A DNA stretch of 63,960 nt, the filler included. It is 8 parts of 8 records of this genome, joined end to end, with 100 filler letters (N's around TTAATTAATTAA, not from the genome) between each part and the next. Parts side by side here need not be neighbours in the genome. Positions count along the whole stretch, not along the records: positions 25,355 to 33,940 come from DRR723986_9620; positions 34,041 to 41,049 come from DRR723986_9623; positions 41,150 to 49,040 come from DRR723986_9626; 5 more parts are not named here. One strand, 5' to 3'. Shown piece after piece: positions 31,756 through 42,819 of the stretch. Numbering within the stretch: the first letter of the stretch is position 1; the number at the start of each line of letters is the position of its first letter. The notes beneath the pieces were generated by a model, which had not been told where the DNA came from, made no database searches, and worked only from the letters and a program-made list of their open reading frames with translations. The translations under genes were made by a program, and so were the position numbers.

Positions 31756-32802
31756 ATGGCTACTGTGCCTGATTCTTATTCTACGGTCAAACAGCTCCCT
31801 GATTATACTGCTGCGCTCGCTGATGTGGCCGGCCGGCTGCAGGATGATGCGCAGAATTACGTCCTCACCACACATGTTAACTCCGATGGCGACGCAATCG
31901 GCTCGCAGCTGGGACTCTATCATGTTTTGGCAGCGGCCGGCAAAAATGTCACAATGATAAATCCTTCACCCGTGCCGGAAAACATGCTCTTTCTCGATGG
32001 CGCCGACCGCATCCGCGTCATTGATTCCGCACGCGACGGCAGTTTAATCGAAAGTGCAGATCGTATTGTCATATTGGATGTTAACACACCCAAACGCCTG
32101 CCTGGACTTGAGGTGCACATTCTTGCGTCCACGGCACACAAAATGGTGATTGACCATCACATGTATCCCGCCGATTTTGCCGATCAATATTTGGTTCAAA
32201 CCGACGCCGTTGCCACAGCTCAAATTCTGTGCGATCTTTTTAGGCACATGCAGCTTACACTTTCGGCCGCGAGCGCCGCGGCTTTGTACACGGCTATCAT
32301 GACCGACTCCGGTAACTTTCGTTTTCCACGTGTTGACGCCGCTCTGCACGTTCAGATTGCGGAGCTGCTCAATGCCGGCGCGCAGCCGTTTGAGATTTAC
32401 GAACAGGTCTACAATCAGGGCAGCCTGGAGCGCACACGTTTGTTGGGGCGCGCTTTGGCGGGCATCGAATTGTTCCACGAAGGGCAGGTAGGTGTCATGC
32501 GCGTATCCGCCGAAATGAACTCGGGCGAGTATCCCACAGGTGCATTAACCGAAGGATTTGTCAATCACATTCTTAGCCTGCGCGGCGTCGTAATCGGCGC
32601 ACTCATCACCGAACGCGAGGACCAGATAAAACTCTCGATTCGTTCCAAGGGCGCGCGTCACATCAACGAATTGGCCGGTACGTTTAGCGGTGGCGGCCAT
32701 AAAAACGCAGCGGGTGGTCACGTCCCCGGCGGCAGCCTGGATCAGGTCGTCAGCGACTTCGTCACACGCGTAGGCGACTACGTTAATGAGCGGGAAGAGT
32801 AG
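31756..32802 (+). CDS. nrnA: DHH-family oligoribonuclease/PAP phosphatase
   Basis: HVNSDGDAIGS, IDHH, TDSGNF, SIRS, GGGHKNAAG. Confidence 0.88.
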   Translation: MATVPDSYSTVKQLPDYTAALADVAGRLQDDAQNYVLTTHVNSDGDAIGSQLGLYHVLAAAGKNVTMINPSPVPENMLFLDGADRIRVIDSARDGSLIESADRIVILDVNTPKRLPGLEVHILASTAHKMVIDHHMYPADFADQYLVQTDAVATAQILCDLFRHMQLTLSAASAAALYTAIMTDSGNFRFPRVDAALHVQIAELLNAGAQPFEIYEQVYNQGSLERTRLLGRALAGIELFHEGQVGVMRVSAEMNSGEYPTGALTEGFVNHILSLRGVVIGALITEREDQIKLSIRSKGARHINELAGTFSGGGHKNAAGGHVPGGSLDQVVSDFVTRVGDYVNEREE

Positions 32803-32815
32803 TTCTTAAACATGC

Positions 32816-32867
32816 TCATGTTCAGGTCTGCAGTTTCATGTTCAGGCCTGCAGTTTCATGTTCAGGC
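32816..32867. repeat. 20-bp tandem repeat, ~2.6 copies
   Basis: TCATGTTCAGG(T/C)CTGCAGTT units. Confidence 0.85.
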
Positions 32868-33103
32868 TTATCGTTTTTGGTGGTTTTGTCTTCAGCTCAA
32901 TTCTATGAGGCGGACGGCTGTTAATCATGATCGCTTTGAGTCCCTTGGCTTTGCCTGCGGCTGCGCCCGGTCCTCAGGCTTTCATAGCCATTTTGCTGGT
33001 TTTTGAGTCTGGAGATGGAAGTTTTTGCGGCTGTTTTGAGTCTGTGATTTGTTGTACTGGGAGTCTGGGATTGGCAATTCTGCGGCTAGTCTTACCGCAA
33101 GAC

Positions 33104-33130
33104 TCCCCACTAGCTCACAGCTAGTGGGGG
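33104..33130. repeat. REP-like palindrome
   Basis: CCCCACTAGCT-CAC-AGCTAGTGGGG. Confidence 0.6.
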
Positions 33131-33917
33131 AAAACTTTTTAGCTCAAAATCTTGCCGTTCAGCGGCGAAGACTTCCCGCTGGAGTTCACTGCAGGGACAT
33201 TGATTCGAAGTTCTTAGGAAATTGAGTCAATTTTACTCCCCTCGGGCCGAACAAGATTTGACAGCTCAGATCAATCAAGTTGGGCGCTGTGCGGCAACTG
33301 CGAGTACCCGGGATGTTATTTTGGGGCGGTCAGCCGTAATCCGCCAGGTTGTGGGGGTTCAGAGATCTTGAATTTTATCTTCTAGAGAGAAATCTTCGGG
33401 TCATCCAAGTTCCAAAGTTGGCGAATTTTTGGCCCAGCCATTTGCGAAAATGCATGCGACTCAGTTTTCTTGCAGTTGACGTTTTAGTATGGAATCTGCG
33501 CCCAAAATAATTTAACCTGTACTGGTAGTCAAAAATCTCCGAATCGCCATTTAGAATCACTTAAGTGACTTGTAATTGTTTGTTCGATCGCATTCCAGCA
33601 AGTGGACCATTCCAGCACACCTGATCTTTAATCACATCTGCCAAAGTCAGTTTCCTGCAGCGCAAAATGCAACAAACTAAAACTGACCGAGGAAAGCAGG
33701 TGATTGTCAGGTCTTAAACCAATTGCCACACTGTCGATGAACTCAAATTGCTCTCCTGTTTCAGCCAGAATCAAGATAACATCCAAGCCGATTCTCTTAC
33801 ATGGCAGAGAATTTACAAATCCGAGCCAAATCGGCTGCGCGGGAAGTAACTGAGTCCAAGCGTGGCGAATCATTGATTTTGCGTCCAGAAATTCACACGT
33901 GAATTTTCTGACAACCG

Positions 33918-33940
33918 GGTCGAGCCCTTAGGGCTCGACC
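33918..33940. repeat. REP-like palindrome at contig end
   Basis: GGTCGAGCCC-TTA-GGGCTCGACC. Confidence 0.6.
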
Positions 33941-34081
33941 NNNNNNNNNNNNNNNNNNNNNNNNNNNNNNNNNNNNNNNNNNNNTTAATTAATTAANNNN
34001 NNNNNNNNNNNNNNNNNNNNNNNNNNNNNNNNNNNNNNNNTTAGCATAGCTGTTAGCCTAAGGCTGTTAGCTTGCCGGGTC

Positions 34082-34837
34082 CTAGCCCGGCCGCTGGGTA
34101 TACTGCCGCACACGCTGCCACAATCGTTTGATAATCGCAAACGGTGGCACGCTGAGCCCATTTTCTTTCCATGCACGCACAATTTCGCGGTTACCGCGCA
34201 AAATATTGCCAAAACTACTGTTGGAATCACCACCCAAACGCATGCGCACAAGCACCTTCGGAATGTAGTGTCCGGCCTTGCGTTGTATCCGGAAAAGCCG
34301 CAGCATAAACTCGTGGTCGGCTGCCAAACTAAAACTCGTGTCAAACTTGCCGACTTCGGAATACACCTTCCTGCGCACAAACAGGGTCGGATGCGGCGGG
34401 ACGTTGCCGTCTTCAAAGAAGCGCGGATACATCTGCCCTGAGCGCCAGTAACGCACTACTTTTTCAGGCTGCCCGGCATCAACGTAGACCAGGTCGCCAT
34501 AGACCGCATCAACCGCAGAATCATGGAAACTGTTGGCGACGGTATCTAAAACATGCTCGTCGGTGTAGAAGTCGTCAGCGTTGAGTATTCCAATTATGTC
34601 GCCCGTAGCCAGCTCCAGGCCTTTGTTCATGGCGTCGTAGATCCCATTGTCGGGCTCCGATACAAAGACGGAAACCGCATCTCCAAAGGACGTAACGATG
34701 TCCTGCGTGCCGTCCGTTGAGCCGCCGTCAACTACAATGTATTCGACCTTAGCGTAGCGTTGGGCGGCAACGGAACGAATGGTGTCGGCGATTGTGGAAG
34801 CGCCGTTGTAGACAACGGTAATAATCGAAAGTTTCAT
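34082..34837 (-). CDS. Glycosyltransferase family 2 (WcaE-like)
   Basis: SIITVVYN, VDGGSTDGT, EPDNGIYDAMNKG, LNADD. Confidence 0.92.
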   Translation of the reverse strand: MKLSIITVVYNGASTIADTIRSVAAQRYAKVEYIVVDGGSTDGTQDIVTSFGDAVSVFVSEPDNGIYDAMNKGLELATGDIIGILNADDFYTDEHVLDTVANSFHDSAVDAVYGDLVYVDAGQPEKVVRYWRSGQMYPRFFEDGNVPPHPTLFVRRKVYSEVGKFDTSFSLAADHEFMLRLFRIQRKAGHYIPKVLVRMRLGGDSNSSFGNILRGNREIVRAWKENGLSVPPFAIIKRLWQRVRQYTQRPG

Positions 34838-35109
34838 TCAAGTCTGTATCAAAAACGCGCTGCAATTTTGTGTGCCGCAGGTTCCCGACGAAATTAATGC
34901 GACAGGCTCAGAACAGCTGCAATCTAGCTATTTTTCGGCTAAAGCACCTGTGAACATCGTGGATACGCTACAGCAATTTGCGAGTGCGTGTCGCAGTTTT
35001 CCAGAGCATTTGCTTCGTCAATTTGCTGCCCACTTCCGGGCTGTACGGCAATTCATTCGTACATTGCATTGCATTCTGCCCAGATTGGGCTCAAATTCTA
35101 TGAAAGCGG

Positions 35110-37098
35110 TTGCTGCAATTGATTTCTCGCGAAGCTGATCGTCCCGACGTTAGCGTTGTGATTGTTAATTACAACGTCAAAGATTTTCTCTTCAACTGCC
35201 TGCAGTCCCTGAGTGACGCATTCGGCAGCTTGACGGGGCAGGTGATCGTGGTTGATAACAACTCTACCGACGGCTCGCTTGAATATCTGACACCACTATT
35301 TCCGGACGTTGAGTTTGTAGCTCTGGACGAAAACCTGGGATTCGGCAAGGCCAATAATCTTGGGTTTGAGCTTTCACGCGGTGAGTTTGTTTTATGCCTG
35401 AATCCCGACACGCTGGTTAGCGAAGACACAATCGACCACATGGTCGCGTACATGCGCGCCAACCCGGATGTGGGCCTGAGTGGCTGTAAACTGTTAAATC
35501 AGGACGGCAGCTTTCAGTTGCCCTGCCGCCGTGGATTCCCGACGCCCTGGGTTTCATTCACCAAAATATTTGGGCTGCAGGCCTTGTTTCCGCGTTCCAA
35601 AGTTTTTGGGCGTTACAATCAAACCTTCCGCGATGAGAATGAGACTTACCCGGTTGATGCCGTCAGCGGCGCATTTATGTTTATGCGCAATGATGCCTTA
35701 AAACAGTCGGGTGGTTTTGATCCTGAGTTTTTCATGTATGGTGAGGATCTGGACCTGTGTTTCCGCATCGGCAAGGCCGGCTGGAAAGTGGTGTATGTTC
35801 ATTCCACTTCTGTGATTCACTTTAAGGGCGAAAGCACGCGCCGTTCCTCACTCAATGACGTGCGCGAATTTTACCGGGCGATGGAAGTATTTGTTAAAAA
35901 GCACTTCTCCTCGTCTTTTATCTTCCTGCTGTTTTTGCGGATTGGTATAACGCTGCGCTCCCTGATTGCCTATCTGTGGCAATATCGCCGGCAGTGGGGC
36001 CTGGCGCTGTTTGACTTTTTGCTGGCGAATGCGGCCCTCCTGGTTGGCATTAAATTGCGTACGGGTGAGTTTTCCGGTTTTCCGGCTTATGCTTACCCCG
36101 AAATCCCGATCGTTCCCGCGTTGATGCTGATTGCCTCGCTTCTGTATGCGGGTGAGTACTCAACTTATCAGCGCTCGTCGATCCGCAATGTCGTCACAGC
36201 TCTGATGATTTCCTTCTTTTTGCTGTCCACCTTGCCGTACTTCTTTGAAGACTATGCGATTTCGCGTGGTGTTCTCGTGATGTTCCTGGCTTTGAGTTTT
36301 GCAGGACTTGGGGCTGTGCGACTAGGGCTTTCCATTTTTGAGAAGGTTCTGGGGCGCGAGGCCGATAAGCGCATCGCAATTCTTGGTGTCAACGATGTGG
36401 CGCGCCAGCTGATGGGCGACCTGCACACAGCCGAAGCGCGTAATACAAACCTGGTGGGGCTGGTGCGCACGCGCCCCGATATTCCCGTGCCGGACTGGGC
36501 CGATCCCGTGCTGGGCGACATCACCTACCTGAACAAGATTGTGCGTGACCACGGGATAGATGAACTGATTGTAACTGACGCTGAGGTTTCGCGGGCGGAG
36601 ATGCTGCGACACATGACCGAGCTTTCCGGGCATGCACGCCGCTGGCGATTCGCGCATAGCTACGACGAAGTTATCACATCGCGAATCATTGAAAGTATAA
36701 CAGGTGTGGCTCCCGCTGCAGCGCAATATAAGATTACACGCCTTAGCAATCGTATCCTGAAACGAGTCATAGACTTGCTCGGCTCAGTTTTCCTTTTGAC
36801 AATTGGGCTACCTATCGTATATTTGACGTCCGCTGATCCGAAGATTGCGAGGCGTAAGCTGGTGCTGGTCCTCAAAGGTGACTACAGCCTCTTTGGTATT
36901 TTTCCCATGGAAGGCGACTCAAATTCGAAAATTGGCAAGATTGGATTGACGGGCCTGGCGCACATTAATAGAACCGAACAGATATCCATCCAGGCCTTAC
37001 ACAGCTTAAACGATTACTACATGCGTCACTATTCACTGGCGCTTGACTTCGAAATTTTCATCAAATTTTTCTTCCGTAGAAACAGTGGCATCGGGTAA
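35110..37098 (+). CDS. GT2 glycosyltransferase fused to membrane and degenerate sugar-transferase domains
   Basis: [30 protein letters not shown] helices; KRVIDL...GLTGLA remnant. Confidence 0.85.
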   Translation: MLQLISREADRPDVSVVIVNYNVKDFLFNCLQSLSDAFGSLTGQVIVVDNNSTDGSLEYLTPLFPDVEFVALDENLGFGKANNLGFELSRGEFVLCLNPDTLVSEDTIDHMVAYMRANPDVGLSGCKLLNQDGSFQLPCRRGFPTPWVSFTKIFGLQALFPRSKVFGRYNQTFRDENETYPVDAVSGAFMFMRNDALKQSGGFDPEFFMYGEDLDLCFRIGKAGWKVVYVHSTSVIHFKGESTRRSSLNDVREFYRAMEVFVKKHFSSSFIFLLFLRIGITLRSLIAYLWQYRRQWGLALFDFLLANAALLVGIKLRTGEFSGFPAYAYPEIPIVPALMLIASLLYAGEYSTYQRSSIRNVVTALMISFFLLSTLPYFFEDYAISRGVLVMFLALSFAGLGAVRLGLSIFEKVLGREADKRIAILGVNDVARQLMGDLHTAEARNTNLVGLVRTRPDIPVPDWADPVLGDITYLNKIVRDHGIDELIVTDAEVSRAEMLRHMTELSGHARRWRFAHSYDEVITSRIIESITGVAPAAAQYKITRLSNRILKRVIDLLGSVFLLTIGLPIVYLTSADPKIARRKLVLVLKGDYSLFGIFPMEGDSNSKIGKIGLTGLAHINRTEQISIQALHSLNDYYMRHYSLALDFEIFIKFFFRRNSGIG

Positions 37099-38071
37099 AA
37101 AGAACAACAATCCTGTATTGGATTTCGAAAAACCAATCATCGAACTTGAAGCCAAGGTTGATGAAATGCGCGCAATGGCCGACTCAATGGAAATCAATCT
37201 TGAGATTGATAAACTTGAGAACAAGGTCCAATTGCTGCGTAAGGAAGTGTATTCCAAGCTGACCAGATGGCAACGTGTTCAGATCGCACGCCATCCGCAG
37301 CGCCCGCAGACCCTGGACTACATAAACAGTGTGTTTACTGAGTTTGTAGAACTCCACGGCGATCGCTTCTTCCGCGATGACCCCGCAATCGTTGCCGGGC
37401 TCGCCAAGCTGGAAGGGCAAAGTGTCGTTGTTGTTGGGCACCAAAAGGGACGGGACACAAAGTCTAACGTTGAGCGCAACTTTGGTATGCCAAACCCGGA
37501 AGGCTACCGCAAGGCGCACAGACTATTTGAATTGGCTCAGAAGTTTAACAAACCGGTAATATGTTTGCTGGATACTCCAGGTGCATATCCTGGGATGGAA
37601 GCTGAAGAGCGCGGCCAGGCCGAAGCAATTGCCCGCAACCTGAAACTGATGGCCAGGCTTAAAGTGCCAATCCTCATCGTCATCATCGGCGAAGGTGCTT
37701 CCGGTGGAGCTCTGGGTGTTGGAATTGGGGATAGAATTCTGATGCTGGAAAATGCCTGGTACTCCGTCATTGCCCCAGAATCCTGTTCAAGTATTCTCTG
37801 GCGCAGCTGGGAGTACAAGGAACAAGCCGCTGAAGCGCTTAAACTGACCGCCAATGATCTCAAAAAGGTCGGGATAATCGATCGCATCGTGCCCGAGCCG
37901 ATCGGTGGAGCACATGCAGACCACGCAGCAATCTTTGCAACTATGCAGCGTGTCTTAACTGAAGAACTTCGTAACCTGGTTCAATACGACACCACGGACT
38001 TACTGGAGCAGCGACTGGATAAATTCAGCGCAATGGGGATCTGGACAGAAGTTGGCACAGCGCCGGCTTAA
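37085..38071 (+). CDS. accA: Acetyl-CoA carboxylase carboxyltransferase alpha subunit
   Basis: [34 protein letters not shown]. Confidence 0.97.
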   Translation: MASGKKNNNPVLDFEKPIIELEAKVDEMRAMADSMEINLEIDKLENKVQLLRKEVYSKLTRWQRVQIARHPQRPQTLDYINSVFTEFVELHGDRFFRDDPAIVAGLAKLEGQSVVVVGHQKGRDTKSNVERNFGMPNPEGYRKAHRLFELAQKFNKPVICLLDTPGAYPGMEAEERGQAEAIARNLKLMARLKVPILIVIIGEGASGGALGVGIGDRILMLENAWYSVIAPESCSSILWRSWEYKEQAAEALKLTANDLKKVGIIDRIVPEPIGGAHADHAAIFATMQRVLTEELRNLVQYDTTDLLEQRLDKFSAMGIWTEVGTAPA

Positions 38072-38155
38072 TGTGGACAATACAAGTAGTTGAGTCCGGC
38101 CAGATGCGTCGGCGCGAATCTTGTCTGGTATGTCACAGTAAGGAAGTGTAAAGTA

Positions 38156-38755
38156 GTGAAAGCGATTTTCCGCTGGTTACGAAGCCTGAAAGATTGGATG
38201 GAAAGTTTTGCGGAAAAACCGTCCGCAATGTACGTTTTGTTCTTTTTAGCTTTGGCAGAGTCTTCTGTATTTCCGATTCCTCCGGATGTACTGCTAATCG
38301 CCATCGCCGTCTCGCAGCCTAAGAGGGGACTTCAGGCCGCGTTATGGTGCACCTTGGGTTCGCTGGCAGGCGGAATTATCGGATACTACATTGGATTTGG
38401 TTTGATGGAAACCATTGGCGATCCCATCATCTCTTTGTACGGGGCGGAAGCTCAGTGGGAGAAGTTCAGATTGGCATATGAAGAATATGGCAACCTGCTC
38501 CTCCTCGGCGCGGCCTTCACACCCATACCCTACAAAGTGGCTACAATCGCTTCTGGTGCCTTCGAGATGCCTTTTATACCGTTTGTTCTTATTTCAACGG
38601 TCGGTCGCGCGGGGAGATTTTTCCTCGTTGGGGGCTTAATTCGCTTATACGGAGCACAGGTCAAGGTGTTTATCGATAAGTATTTCGATATCCTGTCTAT
38701 CGTATTCATTGTACTTCTGGTGCTTGGATTCTACGTATTTAAAGTCCTACTCTGA
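38156..38755 (+). CDS. YqaA/DedA family membrane protein
   Basis: AESSVFPIPPDVLL, FTPIPYKV, GRAGRFF. Confidence 0.9.
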   Translation: MKAIFRWLRSLKDWMESFAEKPSAMYVLFFLALAESSVFPIPPDVLLIAIAVSQPKRGLQAALWCTLGSLAGGIIGYYIGFGLMETIGDPIISLYGAEAQWEKFRLAYEEYGNLLLLGAAFTPIPYKVATIASGAFEMPFIPFVLISTVGRAGRFFLVGGLIRLYGAQVKVFIDKYFDILSIVFIVLLVLGFYVFKVLL

Positions 38756-38874
38756 AGTCGCCTCGGTCCAAACCTCAGGTGCCAATCACAGCCCACACTC
38801 TGGCGTGAAATGCCTGAACAGTTACAGAATTTGAATATAACTCATGTAAAATAGTTTGAAGGGAGATACCCTAT

Positions 38875-40761
38875 ATGAATGGCAAAAATCGAATACCACG
38901 GCGCGATAATACGCGTTCCGGAAGGGTCTGGAAAAATCAACAATGGCAGCAGGAAGATTCCAGAGAACCCGAAGAAGAGCAAGGTGAAGAACAGCAGCCC
39001 GACTCACCCAATCCACCTGCCTCACCGCAGGAAGCAGCAAGCCGCCTGCCCAAGCGCAATTATGACTATGACTACGACTACGATTATGAAGATCAGGATG
39101 AGCACCAGTGGAACCGCGAAGGTGCCAATGTAGGCAATCCAAAAATTTACAGTGACCAAAACCCAACTTATGGCGGTGGTGGCGGAAACTACAATCGCCA
39201 AAAAGGTGGCGGCGGCGGTGGCGGTGGATACGGCAATCAGTCCTATCAGCGCCGTTCCTCCTATCAGCCGCGCCAACAACAGCAGTTTGAAAACCGTCAG
39301 CCACGTGAAAACTATCGTGAGCGTAGCTCCGATCGTCCAAGTGAGCGTGATGGATACCGTGATCGCGGTGCAGATCGAAGCGCCGATCGTGGTGCCGATC
39401 GCGGTGCCGATCGCGGTGCCGATCGTGGCTACAGCCGTGATTCCGCGCAGTATGAATCACGCCAACCGCGTGACAACTATCGCGCGCGTGGTGGTGACGA
39501 CTACGGTCGTGACAGAGATCGCGGTGATCGTGATCGTGGTGATCGCGATGGTGGTTACCAGCAGGATCGTGGCCAGGAACCGCGTCCACGCCGCATGATC
39601 AAACGCCGTCCGCCAGGTCCGGTACAACATTCGCATCGTGGTGGTAGTGACCAGCGTCCGGAACGCGGTGGTGATCATCGTTCGGATCGCGGTGGCTCGG
39701 GCCAGCCCTTCCATCGTCGCGACAGCTACCAGCAGGATCGCGGTGGTCAGGACCGTCGTGGTGGAGAACCACAGGCGCGTCATCAATCCCGTGGTGGTGA
39801 TCAGCCACAGGCGCGCCATCAGAACCAGCGCTTCCAGAAGCCGCGCAAACCGCAAATTACGCGCAAGGAAGCCCAGAAAAACTTCCAGAAAAAACGTCGC
39901 AACCTGCAGATTGTCTCTTTGCCACGTGCAATGGCCAAGCTGCAGTTCGGTGCTCGTAATGTAACGATCGACTTTATCCGCAATTCGCGGGTTTCAGTAA
40001 ACAACACGATTGTGTCGGACCCGAACAAGCGCGTTATTCTGTTTAAGGACCGTGTGTCGGTTGACTACATGCCGCTCAAAGCCAATCGTGCCGGCAACTT
40101 TGTAGTTCTGCACAAACCAGCAGGCCTGGTGCCGTCCAAAGAACCCAACGTCCGCACTGTGCACTCGCTGGTGCCAAACTCGGAACATTGGTACTTCCCG
40201 GCCGGCCGCCTCTCCCGCCCGATGAGTGGACTGGTAATTACTACCAATCACGAAGACCATCGCAATTCGGAGACTTCGGAGTTTAACAACCTCGAAAAAG
40301 AATATCACATTAAGGTTAACCGCATTCCCAAGCGCACGGAAATAACGGCACTTAACAAAGCGCTGCGTGCTCTTCACGACGAGAACGGCAAAGAAAGCAA
40401 AGCGACTATTCATCAGAAGAATAAACGCTCATGCTGGCTGGCTGTAATTGTTAAGCGCGGTGGCGTCAGTGATATTAACAAAGTTCTCAAGAATGCTGAC
40501 CTCGAAGTCCTGTCAATGCACCGCTATCGCATCGGAACGTTAAGCACCGATACGATTAAGGAAGGTTCATGGAAGCAGATGAATGAAATCGAGCTTGCCG
40601 AACTTCTGGGGCACGACACGACCGAGTCCTCGTACTTCTACCAGCGCCCGAGCAACGCCGATGCCGATGATGAGGATGATCACGGCCACGACGATGAGGA
40701 TCTGGACGATCTGATGGACGACGAAATCGATGAGGACATCGAAGAGGAAATGGAAGCGTAA
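38875..40761 (+). CDS. RsuA/RluB-like pseudouridine synthase homologue with long disordered N-terminus; catalytic Asp absent
   Basis: S4-like domain, LHKPAG, FPAGRLSRPMSGL (GRLD expected), KEYHIKV, HRYRIG; DRG-rich N-terminus; acidic tail. Confidence 0.8.
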   Translation: MNGKNRIPRRDNTRSGRVWKNQQWQQEDSREPEEEQGEEQQPDSPNPPASPQEAASRLPKRNYDYDYDYDYEDQDEHQWNREGANVGNPKIYSDQNPTYGGGGGNYNRQKGGGGGGGGYGNQSYQRRSSYQPRQQQQFENRQPRENYRERSSDRPSERDGYRDRGADRSADRGADRGADRGADRGYSRDSAQYESRQPRDNYRARGGDDYGRDRDRGDRDRGDRDGGYQQDRGQEPRPRRMIKRRPPGPVQHSHRGGSDQRPERGGDHRSDRGGSGQPFHRRDSYQQDRGGQDRRGGEPQARHQSRGGDQPQARHQNQRFQKPRKPQITRKEAQKNFQKKRRNLQIVSLPRAMAKLQFGARNVTIDFIRNSRVSVNNTIVSDPNKRVILFKDRVSVDYMPLKANRAGNFVVLHKPAGLVPSKEPNVRTVHSLVPNSEHWYFPAGRLSRPMSGLVITTNHEDHRNSETSEFNNLEKEYHIKVNRIPKRTEITALNKALRALHDENGKESKATIHQKNKRSCWLAVIVKRGGVSDINKVLKNADLEVLSMHRYRIGTLSTDTIKEGSWKQMNEIELAELLGHDTTESSYFYQRPSNADADDEDDHGHDDEDLDDLMDDEIDEDIEEEMEA

Positions 40762-40797
40762 GCAGGTCTGTTAACATACGCAGCTGCTCAAGGAATT

Positions 40798-40832
40798 AAA
40801 GCGCGGGTCATTAATTTGACTCGCGTTTTTTT
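40798..40832 (+). terminator. Rho-independent terminator
   Basis: GCGCGGGTCA-TTAATT-TGACTCGCGT followed by a T-run. Confidence 0.8.
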
Positions 40833-41149
40833 GTTTAAACAATTGGGGCTGCGTGCGAACGGACTTTACAAGCGTTGCGGGCTTGAGCTGCGCTCGCCCT
40901 GTTACAGCCATTTTGTTCGTTAGTGGGTGTCGGGCTAGAATTGATTTAGTCTGTCGCTGAGCGCTAATTTGCAGTCAAAAGACCTCCAGTCTTTGCATCA
41001 AAAATCCACCAACCCCCACCAGCTGTTAGCCGTAAATGCACAGGTCTTTNNNNNNNNNNNNNNNNNNNNNNNNNNNNNNNNNNNNNNNNNNNNTTAATTA
41101 ATTAANNNNNNNNNNNNNNNNNNNNNNNNNNNNNNNNNNNNNNNNNNNN

Positions 41150-42407
41150 GACCGCCTATGAAATGATGCTGTCGGAATCCCAGGAACGGATGTTGATGGT
41201 GCTGAACCCCGATTTGGAGGCCGAAGCCCGCGCCGTGTTCGAAAAGTGGGATTTGGACTTCGCTATTGTGGGTGAAACGATTAATGAAGATCGGTTTTTG
41301 ATAATCCACGGCAACGAGATTATGGCCGATTTGCCGCTTTCGAAGCTGTCTTCCACCGCCCCGGAATACGACCGCCCCTGGGTCGAGACACCCGCCGCCG
41401 CCGCGATGGAACCGGTGCCGGGCATCGACCCGATTGACGGGCTGAAGGCGCTGATCGGTTCGCCCAACTACGCTGCCAAGCAGTGGGTTTATGAACAGTA
41501 TGACCATATGGTCATGGCCGACACGGTGCGCGCACCGGGGCTTGGCGCGGGCGTGACCCGCGTTCACGGAACCGACAAGGCGCTGGCCTTCACCTCCGAT
41601 GTGACCCCGCGCTACGTCAAGGCGAACCCGTATGAGGGCGGCAAGCAGGCGGTGGCAGAGGCATATCGCAACATCACCGCCACCGGGGCGCTGCCGCTGG
41701 CCACCACCGACAACCTCAATTTCGGCAATCCCGAAAAGCCCGAGATCATGGGCCAGCTCGTTGGCGCGATCAAAGGCATCGGCGCGGCAGTTGCGGCGCT
41801 GGATGTGCCGATCGTGTCGGGCAACGTCTCGCTTTACAACGAGACCGATGGCCAGGGCATCCTGCCCACCCCCACCATCGGGGCCGTGGGTCTGCTGGAC
41901 AACGTGGCAGACCTGATCGGCGGCACCGCCCGTGACGGCCATGTCGCGGTTCTGGTGGGTGAAACGGCCGGGCATCTGGGCCAGTCGGCGCTGCTTTATG
42001 AGGTGTTCAGCCGCGAAGACGGGGATGCGCCGCATGTGGATCTGGCCGCCGAGAAACGCAACGGCGACTTCATCCGTGCCAACCGGGGCTTGATCGACAT
42101 GTGTTCGGACCTGTCGGATGGCGGCTTGGCACTGGCGGCCTTCGAGATGGCGGAAGCGTCTGGCGTTGGTGTCACCCTCGATGCCGGCGACACCCCGACC
42201 CTGTTCGGTGAAGATCAGGCGCGCTATCTGATCGCCTGCTCCTTCGACAAGGCAGAGGCGCTGATGGTCGCGGCAGGCCATGCGGGTGTGCCGATATCCA
42301 CAGTTGGCCGGTTCGGCGGCGACATTGTGCGCATGGGTGGGTCCGAAGCACCCCTGGTGGACCTCTCCGCCACATATCGCACCGCCTTCGCGGAGAAGCT
42401 CGGCTAA
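41150..42407 (+). CDS. purL: Phosphoribosylformylglycinamidine synthase II (5'-truncated)
   Basis: [40 protein letters not shown]. Confidence 0.97.
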
Positions 42408-42411
42408 CCAC

Positions 42412-42478
42412 GGGCGCAGGAAAAAAATCTTCGAAGATTTTTGACAAGGATCTTCGAAGATCCTTTCGCGTCGCGCCC
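42412..42478. repeat. Double-palindrome intergenic element
   Basis: AAAAATCTTCGAAGATTTTT and AAGGATCTTCGAAGATCCTT enclosed by GGGCGC/GCGCCC. Confidence 0.7.
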
Positions 42479-42533
42479 TTGCGGGAACCTTGGGTGCGAA
42501 CTATGTCTTGGATGACTGACAGGAGAGCCCATC

Positions 42534-42770
42534 ATGCCCATATCGGCACAGGAAATCGAAGACCTGATCCGGGAAAGCTTCCCCCATGCGAAGATCATCG
42601 TCGAAGGCGATGACGGTGCCCATTTCGCGGCGCAGGTCGTGGATGAAAGCTTCAAGGGGATGAACCGTGTGCAACAACAGCGCGCGGTCTATGCGGCGCT
42701 CAAGGGCAAGATGGACGGGTCGCAAGGCGATCTGCATGCGCTGGCCCTGACGACGAAGGCGCCGGAGTGA
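42534..42770 (+). CDS. BolA/IbaG family protein
   Basis: GDDGAHF, RVQQQRAVY, LHALALTT; adjacent to grxD. Confidence 0.9.
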   Translation: MPISAQEIEDLIRESFPHAKIIVEGDDGAHFAAQVVDESFKGMNRVQQQRAVYAALKGKMDGSQGDLHALALTTKAPE

Positions 42771-42819
42771 CCCCCGAGGGCTTCCAGGACGAAACATCAG
42801 GAAATCAAGGAACGCTGAG

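Noticed and set aside
32816-33090. Possible CRISPR array
   Set aside because: Repeats are contiguous or degenerate, with no unique regular spacers and no cas genes.
39358-39430. 12-bp tandem DNA repeat
   Set aside because: It encodes the in-frame ADRG repeats of the disordered region and is not a separate element.
34041-41030. GCTGTTAGC recurring near both ends of contig 5
   Set aside because: Only 9 bp with no mobile-element gene; insufficient evidence for att sites or target duplication.
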